Source of the DNA: the human T2T-CHM13v2.0 reference genome, Homo sapiens | Length of the DNA: 64,000 nucleotides | Assembly: GCF_009914755.1 (NCBI RefSeq) | Contig: NC_060929.1 | Strand: one strand, 5' to 3' | Shown: piece after piece, positions 41,401 to 64,000 of the stretch | Position numbering within the stretch: the stretch's first letter is position 1 | Layout of the letters: every line of letters starts with the position of its first letter | Position numbers and translations under genes: made by a program | The notes under the pieces: generated by a model | Database searches by the model: none | The model's input: only the letters and a program-made list of their open reading frames with translations | What the model was told of the DNA's origin: nothing

Positions 41401-42026
41401 TAAACCAAGTATTTTAGCTTGAGTTTGTGGGAATCAAACTCTGAGATAGAAATGAGTGCAGAAGATTTGTTGGGGAGTGTTCTCTGGAGATAACACCTGC
41501 AGGAAGTGAGGAAAGCAGCACTTTTTCTTTTTTTAATGTGGGGCAAGTACAGCTGTCCCCAGGGCTCTGGGAGTTCTCTATGGTCTGTCAGGGAATCCCT
41601 GGGGGCTAAGACTGCAGTGGCCAGGTTTTGTGCTTATTTACTGGGGGGTGGATTGAGGGAAGAGCTATGTACCCTTGGAGTACCCTGGCCTGACCATCTT
41701 TCAGGACACGTCTTGGTCAAGGCTGTCCACCTGTTGCCCTTGGTCCTTGGGCACTGGGAGCCATGGTTGCTGCTGCCTGTCCAGCTGGGCTCCCTTCCTA
41801 GGCCTGCCTGAGACCAGAGGCCTTAGAAACCCACAGTGCAGTTGCAGCTGAGAACTCAGCCTGCTCTACAGTTCTGTGATGAGCTCTGGAGTTGGGATGG
41901 TCCTTCAGCATCATAACAAATTGAGGTAAGAAAAACAGGAGTTTGTGCCCCCAACCCCTGCAGCCCATCACTGGCCTAGGGCTGCCCTCTGGGAAGGCCC
42001 TGGGAAAGGTAGCTCCATGCGGTTCA

Positions 42027-43953
<1,927 letters not shown>

Positions 43954-43959
43954 ATCCCC

Positions 43960-44290
43960 ACTGCAAATGAATATTTTTAAGACAATCAGGGAAATTCAAA
44001 CACGGACTAGGTATTAGATGATACCAAGAAATTATTGTCCATTGTACTACATATCATTTTGAAGTCCTTATCTATTAGCAATCCACGTTAAAGCATTTAT
44101 GAGTGAAATAATACAATGTCTGAAATTTGTTTTTAAAATTTCATCTAAAAAGAGGGGTGGTGGGAGGGATAGATGAAACAATATTGGTAACATAATAGTA
44201 ATTGCTGAAGCTGATAACAAACACATTGAGTTTAATGTGCTATCCTCTCTACTTTCATACATATTTTTAAATTTCCATAATGAAAATGTA
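43960..44290 (+). mobile_element. L1MC-type 3' end
   Basis: gacaatcagggaaattc...ttccataatgaaaa. Confidence 0.65.
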
Positions 44291-44846
44291 AGAAATTCAT
44301 GTATCTAAGTATAGATACTTACTCTGTCATCTCCCTGAATTGTATCATTGAAGAAAAAATGAAGACCACTACATGTTCAAATCATGACTCTCTTTTGTAT
44401 TGATACAATTAGTGGGAGCATCAAGCCTCAATTTGTTCACACATTAGTGTCTGTGTTGGTTCAAAATTTGCTATTTCTACCACTGCAATTTCCTGCACAA
44501 AGCATTTCATTTATGACAGTCTAGGCTAATAACTGTAGCCATGAAAAACATGACAAAAGAAAGCTTAGTGCTTCTCAGCACTTATGAGAGTGAAGACACA
44601 CTCTTTCCATGGCAGAGTCTCATGTACTGGCATGTAAATTTCCCCCACTAAATTAATTTATGCATTCATGTGTGCACCTGGGGTGGGTTAGAGGTGTAGG
44701 AATATGTACCCATTCTACACTGGTCTGTTTCTTCAATGAACAAAACAAAACACTGCTTGAAGATCATTTCTAAATCATTTCTAACAATGATGTTCACATA
44801 TTAAGCCCTCTGTGCTTTCTGATTTCAGAGAGATTATACTAATAAA

Positions 44847-46218
<1,372 letters not shown>

Positions 46219-46474
46219 CTATATAATGTATGTGTGTAGGAAAGTTCATCCATATGTAAAAATCAGAGAGTGGACCTACTGGCCCCTGAGACCCATGGAG
46301 ACCTGGAGATACCTGGTTATTGTCAATCACTCACCCACAGTTTTTACGACTACCTCAAAAAGAATTCCTCAGAAACAGCTCGAAAGAGAAAAATTGTACC
46401 CTTACCTGAAAGATAATCTAACCAATGTTAAATAAGGTTTTTAAACAGAGATTTAAAATGCTTTCATGACATAA

Positions 46475-47313
<839 letters not shown>

Positions 47314-47384
47314 TTATTTCCATTCAGTAAAATATGTTTAAACAACAACCTTTGGTCAACATTCTACTAGTGATGCATTACTCT

Positions 47385-48163
<779 letters not shown>

Positions 48164-49757
48164 ATTACTTTTTTTTTTTTTCTGATTATGGTTATAAAAG
48201 TAAGACATCGTCAATGAAAAAAGTTTAGAAAAAATCCAGAAAAATATAAAGAACAAAATAAAGATTATATGTAACCAGCTTCCAGAGACAATCACTGTTA
48301 ATATTTTGTAGTCATTTTCCAAATTGTATTCTACATATCACAGTACACAGGTAGATGTCTTAAAATCAGATTCAGCAAACAAGTAACATTTGACCCTTTT
48401 GCCTTAATGTTTGGAATAAACTGAAGCATGATCATGACAGGCATTGCAAAAATACATGGCTTTAGCTTATATTAAAAGAGCATCTTGTGACCCTAGAAAC
48501 TTAGTATCAGAATTTTTTTTCATAATTTACTAAAACTATGAAGAGTTAATTTATTGATGCTACTAATCCATCTAGATATTGGTTTCAGGGTCAAATTTAT
48601 TGTCATGGACAAATAAGCCAGAGTTTATTGATTTGTTGGCAACACTGTAGTTTTGCAAATTACAAGGCCCGATACACACACATCACATAATTTTATACAG
48701 ATATTATGGTAAAAGAAGCATGTGAATGAGAATTTCCAAATTAACCAAACACATTCTTGTATGTCTCATTGTTTTGATTACCACATCAATAACCCTTTTC
48801 GTGTATTTTCTCTGAAGTGTTCATCCAGTTATTCTCTGAACAGATGGTCCCCTGAAATTACCTCATTCAGGATAGGTTAATTAAGCATGAAAATTATGAT
48901 ACAAAATATGGTTCCACCTTCCATAAGAAATGCTACCAAATCCTGCAAACAAAGTAGATTTGAACAAAGTGTCCTCAGGTTGTGCTTAGAAAAGAGAGTA
49001 AGAGAAGCCCATGCTTGGATAAAACAAGTTACAAAAGAGTAGAGGCTGTTGTTCCTGTATTTCCAGTTAGTAAGGGAAGAAATTACAGGGTTCATTGGTG
49101 ACCCATGTACCTGAGGTTTTTAGTGATAAACCCCAAGTGAATACGTCAAATTTTTCCAGGGCCTGACCTTTCCGCATGAAAGTTTGGATTAGGAGACAGT
49201 TGTGAAGCATTTATTGCTTTGATATATTAAATGTCTGCTTTCAAGTCAGACGTTTGGAAATTGCATCAAATCTTTAAAATCTAGAGTTTAGTCTAGTGTA
49301 GTTGATGATTTATACAGTGATGGTCAGCAGGGTTCTACCCCATCCTGAAGTGTGTTTTGGAAGTTTGTAGAGATCTTTTTATCCCTCACAGTGATTAGAG
49401 GATGCAACACTAGCATTTAATGGATGGGAACTAGGAATGCTGGACCTCCCTCCGTGTGTGGAAATGTCTCACACGACAAAGAATTAGCCTCATATTGCAT
49501 GCCTTTCCAGTGATCCACCATAATGAACCCACTTCAAACATAAATCAATGACAATTTGGTAGATTTAAGTAATAAAAAGCATTTTGTTGTTGTTTTTCAC
49601 AAGTTACTCCCCAAACCTCTGTAATTTAGGAAAAGGTGGTTATGAATAAGGAAATGAATTGAAGACATGTCTCTAAATAATTGATTTACTAACTCTGAAC
49701 TTCCTCCCTATGTGAATATGGTTACAGTTCTAAAAAATTGATAGTAAATAAACTGGA

Positions 49758-50063
49758 GGCTGGGCACAGTGGTTCATGCCTGTAATCCCAGCACTTTGGG
49801 AGGCCGAGGCAGGAAGATCACTTGAGGTCAGGAGTTCCAGACCAGCCTGGCCAAGATGGTGAAACCCTGTCTTTACTAAAAGTACAAAAATTAGCCAGGC
49901 ATGATGGTGCATGCCTGTAATCCCAGCTACTCAGGAAACTGAGGCAGAAGAATTGCTTGAAACCCAGGAGGTGAAGGTTGCAGTGAGCAAAGATCACACC
50001 ACTGCACTCCAGCCCAGGCAACAGAGCAAGACTCCATCTCAAAAAAATAAAATAAAATAAAAT
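49758..50063 (+). mobile_element. AluS
   Basis: Alu consensus. Confidence 0.9.
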
Positions 50064-50489
50064 AATTTAAAAACTGGAAAAGGAACTATTAGTAGTGATT
50101 CATTATTTCCCTCTTAGAACACATTTGATCACTGATGACACATCATAGGCATCCCATTGTGTCACTTGTTATAATGTTGAAGTTATGTAATGGTTTGAAA
50201 GTGTTCTGCAAAGTCCTTTTGGAAATCTAACAACCCTAGTGGGCTGGATTAACACAATTCCACTGCTCATTTGTAACAATATCACACCTTCTCATTTCCT
50301 CCAGTACACAGTCTTAGCACATTATCCCTACTTTTTTTTATTTTACCGTCTACAAACATAAATCACATTTGTCCCCCTGCTATTTCATTTTTCTTGGATG
50401 GAATATCCTCTGATCTTCTTCTCTTAAATCCAATCCTATTGATTACAAGCAGCTTCAAGGATCTGACTTCTTTATATCTTTTAGTGCCT

Positions 50490-50655
50490 CACTGCTACTC
50501 AAAGTGTGGCCCAAGGGCCAGCAGCATCTGCTCCACCTGGAAGCTTGTTAGACCTGCAGAATCTCCACCCTCTGCAGAAATACTAGATCAGGATCTGCAT
50601 TTTTGACAAGATTCCCAGGGATTCATATGCACAACTACAGTTGGAGGAGCACTGT
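50490..50655. mobile_element. MER5A hAT MITE
   Basis: ctcaaagtgtggcc...gcagcatc...cacctgg...ctgcatttttgacaagattccc. Confidence 0.7.
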
Positions 50656-50697
50656 TGTAATGTAGCCATGACCACTGATTTACATATTAAAATATTA

Positions 50698-51886
<1,189 letters not shown>

Positions 51887-52121
51887 TGATCACCTCAGCA
51901 CTAGATATTCTGCCATTTTTAACTTGAAGTGATTAACTGAGGATATACATGAGTTGAATATATCATTGAGATACTCTAATTGACCAACCCATGGAAGTCA
52001 TAGAAATGGTTTTATCTTGTTACTCATTTCAGAACTGCATATGAATGCCATTTCCCTCAACAGCCAGCACGTTTCAGCATGGAAGAGCAGGATGTGCCTG
52101 TTTCTTTTTGAAGGATATTTC

Positions 52122-52221
52122 TAGATATATTTAGTAGTTTTTACTTTGTTATATTTACAACTTTATGAAGCATGTTTTTAGATACATTTAGTAGTTTTTA
52201 CTTTGTTATATTTACAACTTT
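52122..52221. repeat. 43-bp direct repeat, period 57 bp
   Basis: TAGATAYATTTAGTAGTTTTTACTTTGTTATATTTACAACTTT twice. Confidence 0.9.
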
Positions 52222-52266
52222 CACGTTCATTTCTGAATCAATTCCTAAAGGTGTACTGTTGACCAC

Positions 52267-52966
52267 TGTCTTAGTCCATTTGTGCTGCTATAACAAAATA
52301 TTTGGAACTGGGTAATTTATAAAGAACAGAAATTTATTGCTCACAGTTCTGTGGGCTAGAAGGTCTAAGATTAAGGTGCTAGCAGATTTGATGTCTGGTG
52401 AGGATTTGGTTTCTGCCTCCAACATGGCACCTTGTTGCTGTGTCCACATGGCAGAAGGGCAAAAGGATCTAGGGGCTGGGCATGGTGGCTCATGCCTGTA
52501 ATCCCAGCACTTTGGGAGGCCGAGGCAGGCGGATCACCTGAGGTCAGGAGTTCAAGACCAGCCTGGCCAATAGGGTGAAACCCCATCTCTACTAAAAATA
52601 CAAAAATTAGCTTGATGTGGTGTTGGGCACCTGTAATCCCAGCTACTCGGGAGGCTGAGGCAGGAGAATCACCTCAACCTGGGAGGTGGAGGTTGAATGG
52701 AGCTGAGATCACGCCAGTGCATTCCAGCTTGGGCAACAGACAGAGACCCCATCTCAAAAAAAAAAAAAAAAAAAGAAAAAGAAAAAATGAAGGAACTAGG
52801 GAGCTCCCTTAAACCTCTTTTATCACAGCACTAATCCCATTCATGATGGTGGAGAGCTCATGACTTAATCACTTCCCAAAAGGGTGCCACCTCATAATTC
52901 TATCACATTGGGTATTAGGTTCTAACATATGAATTTTGGAGGGACACATACATTAAAATCATAGCA
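52267..52966 (-). mobile_element. MST-type (MSTD-like) MaLR solo LTR with AluS insertion (52474-52786, +)
   Basis: TGTCTTAGTCC...ATAGCA; TSD ACCAC. Confidence 0.85.
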
Positions 52967-54400
52967 ACCACCCGGGCTCTGTGGATAAAGTATTGTTTGG
53001 ATGGGCATCCAAAAGCAATTTCTTTTATTCATTTCATGTAGCAATTAATATGTTTTAATTATTATTATGTGCTCTTCTGCAATACCGAGACACCTCTTTT
53101 ATTTTTTGGTCTGTTTGGTATAAGGAAAACAACTTTGAATTGTGACTCTAAAGTTTCTGTCTGTTCTCTGATGAAAGATAAAATGGTCACTTTCTACTAG
53201 AGAGCATAATATTGTGGTTCTTTTGGAAAAATCAGCTGATTTATGAGATAGGTCATTGGGCTTTGTTGGAAATTATGAAAATGGCTTAGTAGCTTTAAAG
53301 CACCATTTGAGAAATTGAGATTTTCCCTGTATGCAGTCTTAAAATTAAACTAGGGACATTATTTAAATTGACATTTATAGATGGGGTAGCATTCTGGGTG
53401 TTTTTGAGGTTTGTTTTGTTTGGTTGTTTTTGTAGAGATAGAGTCTCCCTATGTTGCCCAGGCTGGTCTCAAACTCCTGGGCTCAAGCCATCCTCCTGCT
53501 TCAGCCTCCCAAAGTGCTGGGATTACAGGTGTGAGCTACTACGCTTGGCTGGGAAAGCATTCTGGAAAGTCTGTTTTGTTTTGTTTTGTTTTGTTTTGTT
53601 TTGTTTTCAGATCAAGTCTTGCTCTGTCACCCAGGCTTTACAGTGGCACGATCTTGGCTCACTGCAGCTTCCGCCTCCCAGGTTCAAGCAATTCTCGTGC
53701 TTCAGCCTCCTGAGTAGCTGGGATTACAGGCCCTTGCCACCACACCTAGCTAATTTTTGTATTTTTTTAGTAGAGATGGGATTTCACTATGTTGGCCAGA
53801 CTGGTCTCAAACTCCTGACCTCATGATCTGCACCTCGGCCTCCCAAAGTGCTAGGATTACAGGCGTGAGCCACCGTGCCTCACCTGCATTCTGCAAAGTT
53901 TTGTCTAGAATTTCCATGTCCCACATCTCCACCAATGCTTAGTGTTATATAACACATGCCCATCTGATTGATGTGGAATGGTATACGTGTATATGTGTGT
54001 TTTGTTGTTGTTTTAAATAAGTAGTTTTTTTGCAAAGACCATACAAACTTGCACTCTGTAGCAGTGGTTTGTCAGTAAGTTGTAGAATTCTTGTGGATTT
54101 AAAATACACTTCCCCAAACGCTAATGAGGGTGAGCATTTTTCATATCTGCACTGGCCATTCAAGTTTTGCCTCCTGACAATTCCTTGTTCTCATTATTTG
54201 TTCATCTTTTGCCTTTTTTTTATCACTGTTTATCAATATAAATATTCCGGATATTAATCCTTTATCTATAAGATGTATTGGCCAGGCATGGTGGCTCACG
54301 GCTGTAATCCCAGCACTTTGGGAGGCCAAGGAGGGCAGGTCACCTGGGGTCGGGAGTTCGAGACCAGCCTGACCAACATGGAGAAACCCTATCTCTATTA

Positions 54401-54553
<153 letters not shown>

Positions 54554-55074
54554 TCAAAAAAAAAAAAAAAAGGTGTATTGCAACACTTTCTTCAAGTCCG
54601 TGGTTTGTCTTTTAAGTTTATATTTGATTCTTTCTATTGAGCTGAATTTTAAAACTAACTCAACTTTTTCATTATCTTTCTTTGTATTTTGTGCCTTCTT
54701 TAAGGTTTTAAGATCCTTTCCTGCCTACATGTCATAAAGATATGCTGTTTTGTTTTGTTTTGTTTTGTTTTGTTTTAGATGGAGTTTCACTCTTGTGGTT
54801 CAGACTGGAGTGCAATGGCAAAATCTCGGCTCACTGCAACCTTCGCCTCCTGGGTTCAAGTGATTCTTCTGCCTCAGCCTCCTGAGTAGCTGGGATTTAC
54901 AGGTGCCGGCCACCATGCCTGGCTAATTTTTGTATTTTTAGTAGAGATGGGGTTTCACCATGTTGGCCAGGCTAGTCTCAAACTCTGGACTCAGGTGATC
55001 CACCTGCCTCTGCCTCCCAAAGTGCTGGGATTACAAGCATGATCCACCCCGCACAGCCCCAGATTTGCTTCTAT

Positions 55075-55275
<201 letters not shown>

Positions 55276-55280
55276 GATGA

Positions 55281-55388
<108 letters not shown>

Positions 55389-55471
55389 TAGCTGGGACTA
55401 CAGGCGCGTGCAAACATGCCTGGCTAATTTTTGTATTTTCAGTAGAGACGGGGTTTCACCATGTTGGCTAG

Positions 55472-55570
<99 letters not shown>

Positions 55571-56303
55571 TAAAAATTTTAACATATAAACTGCTTATTT
55601 AGCTCTAGTAACTACCTGAAATATATTTTATATAGGGTTTGAGATAGGGATCTCACATAGAGATACAGAGAGCTAATAAAGATAGTAAATATTTATTGTG
55701 TGTACTGCGTGAGTGCACTGTTTAAAATGATTTACCTGTTTTAACCCATTACATTCTCACAACTTCATGAGGAAATAATAACATTATCCTTGCTTATAGG
55801 TTAAAAAAAAAAAATAGAGAAACAGGCCAGGTGCAGTGGCTCAGGCCTGTTCTCCCAGCACTTTGGGAGCCCAAGGTGGGCGACTGCTTGAGGACAGGAG
55901 TTCGAGACCAGCCTGGCCAACACGGTAAGACCCTGTCTCTATGAAAAATACAAAAATTAGCTAGACATGGTGGCACATGCCTGTAATCCCACCTACTCGG
56001 GGGGGCTGATGCATGAGAATCACTTGAACCCGGGAGGCGGAGGTTACAGTGAGCTGAGATTGCGCCACTGCCTTCTGGCCTGAGTGACAGAGAGAGACCC
56101 TGTCTGAAAAACAATAATACACATACACAAAAAAACCAGAGGCACAAATATGTTAAGTAACTTGCCTGAAGTAATGCAGCTATTAAGCAGCAGAGTCAGC
56201 TGTCAATCTTTGGTAGATTTGCTCTAAAGCCCATGATCTCAACCTCTGGAATATTTTTCTCTCATTGTCCACCACATATACTAAATAGACCAGTAGTTTG
56301 TAA

Positions 56304-56530
<227 letters not shown>

Positions 56531-56767
56531 TGATGCGGGCAGATCATGAGGTCAAGAGATCGAGACCATCCTGGCCAACATGGTGAAACCCCATTTCTAC
56601 TAAAAATACAGACTGCTTTTTTAAAGTACAATATTCGAAACTTTTTCAATCCCCTGTTTTCATTCCATGCTGTTTTAATTACTCCAAGTTTTAATAAAAG
56701 ATTCTGTGTCTGTTCAGGTGAATTCCTTCTTCTAATTTTTCTTCTTTTTGGTTTTTCTTTTGTCCTT

Positions 56768-56872
56768 ACCATATGAATATATATATATACACACACACAC
56801 ACCATATACTATATATACCATATGAATATATATATACCATATGAATATATATATGTATACCATATGAATATA

Positions 56873-56890
<18 letters not shown>
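56768..56890. repeat. AT-rich repeat with recurring ACCATATGAATATATAT units
   Basis: Direct reading. Confidence 0.85.
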
Positions 56891-56906
<16 letters not shown>

Positions 56907-56908
56907 GA

Positions 56909-57205
<297 letters not shown>

Positions 57206-57362
57206 TAAGGAAAAAGTGCGGCCAGGCACGGTGGCTCACGTGTATAATCTCAGCACTTTGGGAGGCTGAGAAGGGTGGATCACCTGAAGTCAGGAGTTCA
57301 AGACCAGCCTGGCCAACGTGGCATAACTGCATCTCTACTAAAAACACACAAAAAATTAGCTA

Positions 57363-57572
<210 letters not shown>

Positions 57573-57776
57573 TTAACTCAATAAATTAATTTGGGGATAA
57601 TTTCCATATTTATCATATTGATTCTCCTCATCCATGAACATCGTCTACTTCTCCATTTAAGTATTTTTTTATGTCCTGCAATAAAATTTTATAATCTATA
57701 AGAAGCTTTATTTTTTTAAATGTTGTCTTAATTATCTGATACAGTTTATTGTAATCATCAATGACACTCTTATTAG

Positions 57777-58246
57777 TGTTATGCACGCATCTAAGTGAAG
57801 AGACACCCTGAACAGACTAAGTGTGAGCAACAAGGCTGTTTATTCACTTGGGTGTGAGCAGGCTGTGTCCAAAAAGAGAGTCAGCGAAGGGTGGTGGGAG
57901 TGGAACTGGTTTTATAGGTTTGTGGTAGGTAGTGGAAAGTTACAGTTAGGGGCAGTTTTTTGGAGGGGCAGGGGAAGAATGTCAAAAGGTGCATAGTCAC
58001 GAGGTTTGGGGGAGGTCACAAGGCATGATATCACAAGGTCGATCGATTAGCTAGGGTAGGGCGGGAACATATCACAATGGGAATGTTGCAAGGTCGGTTA
58101 ATCAGTTAAGGCAGTAACTAGCTGTTTCTTCTTCTTTAGTGGTTCTCCTGTTGCTCCAGGCTTTGTGACTCCAGGAGGCCTGTATGTGTGGGTCACAGAG
58201 GTCACAATGGCTCGACCATGGTGTACCCCGCTCAGAGGACCTTACA
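57777..58246 (-). mobile_element. Solo LTR7C (old HERV-H LTR)
   Basis: Minus strand TGTAAGGTCCTCTGAGC...ATAACA; 5-bp TSD ATTAG (57772-57776, 58247-58251). Confidence 0.88.
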
Positions 58247-58289
58247 ATTAGGATGTAGTATCAGTTTTTAAAATATCTTAAACTTATTA

Positions 58290-61005
<2,716 letters not shown>

Positions 61006-61049
61006 TTATATTATTTGTTTACTCTCATTTGTTTTCCTCTTGTCCTTTC

Positions 61050-62165
<1,116 letters not shown>

Positions 62166-62342
62166 CCCTAAACTTTCTTCTAAGTGCTTACTTTTTATTG
62201 ACTGATTGGAGAGTGAGTGATGGAAGATCTGGTTCTGGCTCATCTCAATAAGCCCTCTGGGACATAATTATCTCCACATGTTGCAGTCTGCCGATTTTAA
62301 AATGTGTGGAACTTAGTGCCTTTTACTTCACTTTTGGCCTTA

Positions 62343-63125
<783 letters not shown>

Positions 63126-63129
63126 TTTT

Positions 63130-64000
63130 ATTTTTGTTTACAATGATATACAGAAACTCCCCTCTGTCACCTTGTTTTGTTTTTTGCTTTAGTCTGTTAC
63201 CCAGCAACCTTGTCAAATTCTCCTACTATTTTTAATAGTTTTCCCATATATATTCTTAATATTCTATGTGGAGAGTTATACTTTCTATATATAATGATGA
63301 ATTTGTTTTAACCTTTTTAATCCTTACACTTTTTTTCTTGACTTCTTGCATAGTCTAGGATCTTCAGTTCAATGTTGAATAGAAGCAGTGACAGCAAACA
63401 TCCTTTTCTCATTCCAGGCATTAATAAGAATATTTCTACTATTTCACTATTAAGTATGATGGTTGCTGTAGGTTTTTGGAGATTACTATTATCAGGTTAA
63501 GAAACAGATTTTTAGCTAATTGTTTTTTTTTTTTTTTGGTTAATTTTTTGTTGTTGTTAATCTTGAAGAAGTATCAAAATTTGTCAGTGCCCTTTTTATG
63601 TTGATTAAAATGAGTTTTTGTCCTTTAATTTGTTAGTGTGGTATATTATATTAATAGATTCTCTCATCTTAAACCATCTTTACATCCCTGGGATAATGTC
63701 TACTTAGTCACATATTGCTGGATTTTATTTATAGATGTTTTATTTAGGATGTTTGCTTCTATGTGTATAACCAATAATGAGCTATAATCTTCTTTTTTCA
63801 TGACTTTCTTCTCAAGTTTTGATATCAAAATTACACATTAAGCATCATGAGTAAGTTTTCTGTTTCTCTAGTATTTGGAAACATTTGTAGATAATAAGAA
63901 TTATCAGATCTTTGAAGCTTGACAAAACTCATCTGTAAAATTTTCTGGCCTTGATGCTTTCCCTGGGTATATTCTTAAATGTTGATCCTGCTACTTTAAC
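63130..64000 (-). mobile_element. Old L1M ORF2 relic
   Basis: aatgttgaatagaagcagtgacagcaaacatcct...ttcactattaagtatgat antisense ORF2. Confidence 0.75.

Noticed and set aside
48330-49300. Longest apparently unique stretch as a possible exon or enhancer
   Set aside because: No recognisable motif or protein similarity; cannot be supported without conservation data

Overview
Primate (probably human) genomic DNA that is intergenic or intronic and almost entirely transposon-derived. It holds dozens of Alu/FLAM copies, old L1M/L2/MIR relics, a MER65 provirus, an ERVL (LTR16-type) provirus relic, several MaLR LTRs and a Charlie1 element. No intact protein-coding exon is visible; nearly all ORFs in the track are Alu or simple-repeat artefacts. 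Two retropseudogenes are present: BOLA3 and Y3 RNA. The main feature is five separate HERV-H-family insertions. (1) An ~8 kb minus-strand HERV-H (21953-29935) has the structure of the viral RNA rather than a provirus: R-U5-gag-pol-env-U3-R-poly(A), a 14-bp TSD and an extra 5' G, consistent with an L1-mediated retrocopy. It also has a Phe-type PBS, a 12-unit 34-bp array in U3 and three nested insertions. (2) A 749-bp element (3477-4225) joins pol sequence to R-U5 at the R start, with LTR-like ends and a near-perfect 5-bp TSD, suggesting an LTR made by aberrant reverse transcription. (3-5) Three solo LTR7B/LTR7C elements. Repeat family names come from recalled consensus sequences, not a database search, and Alu boundaries are approximate.
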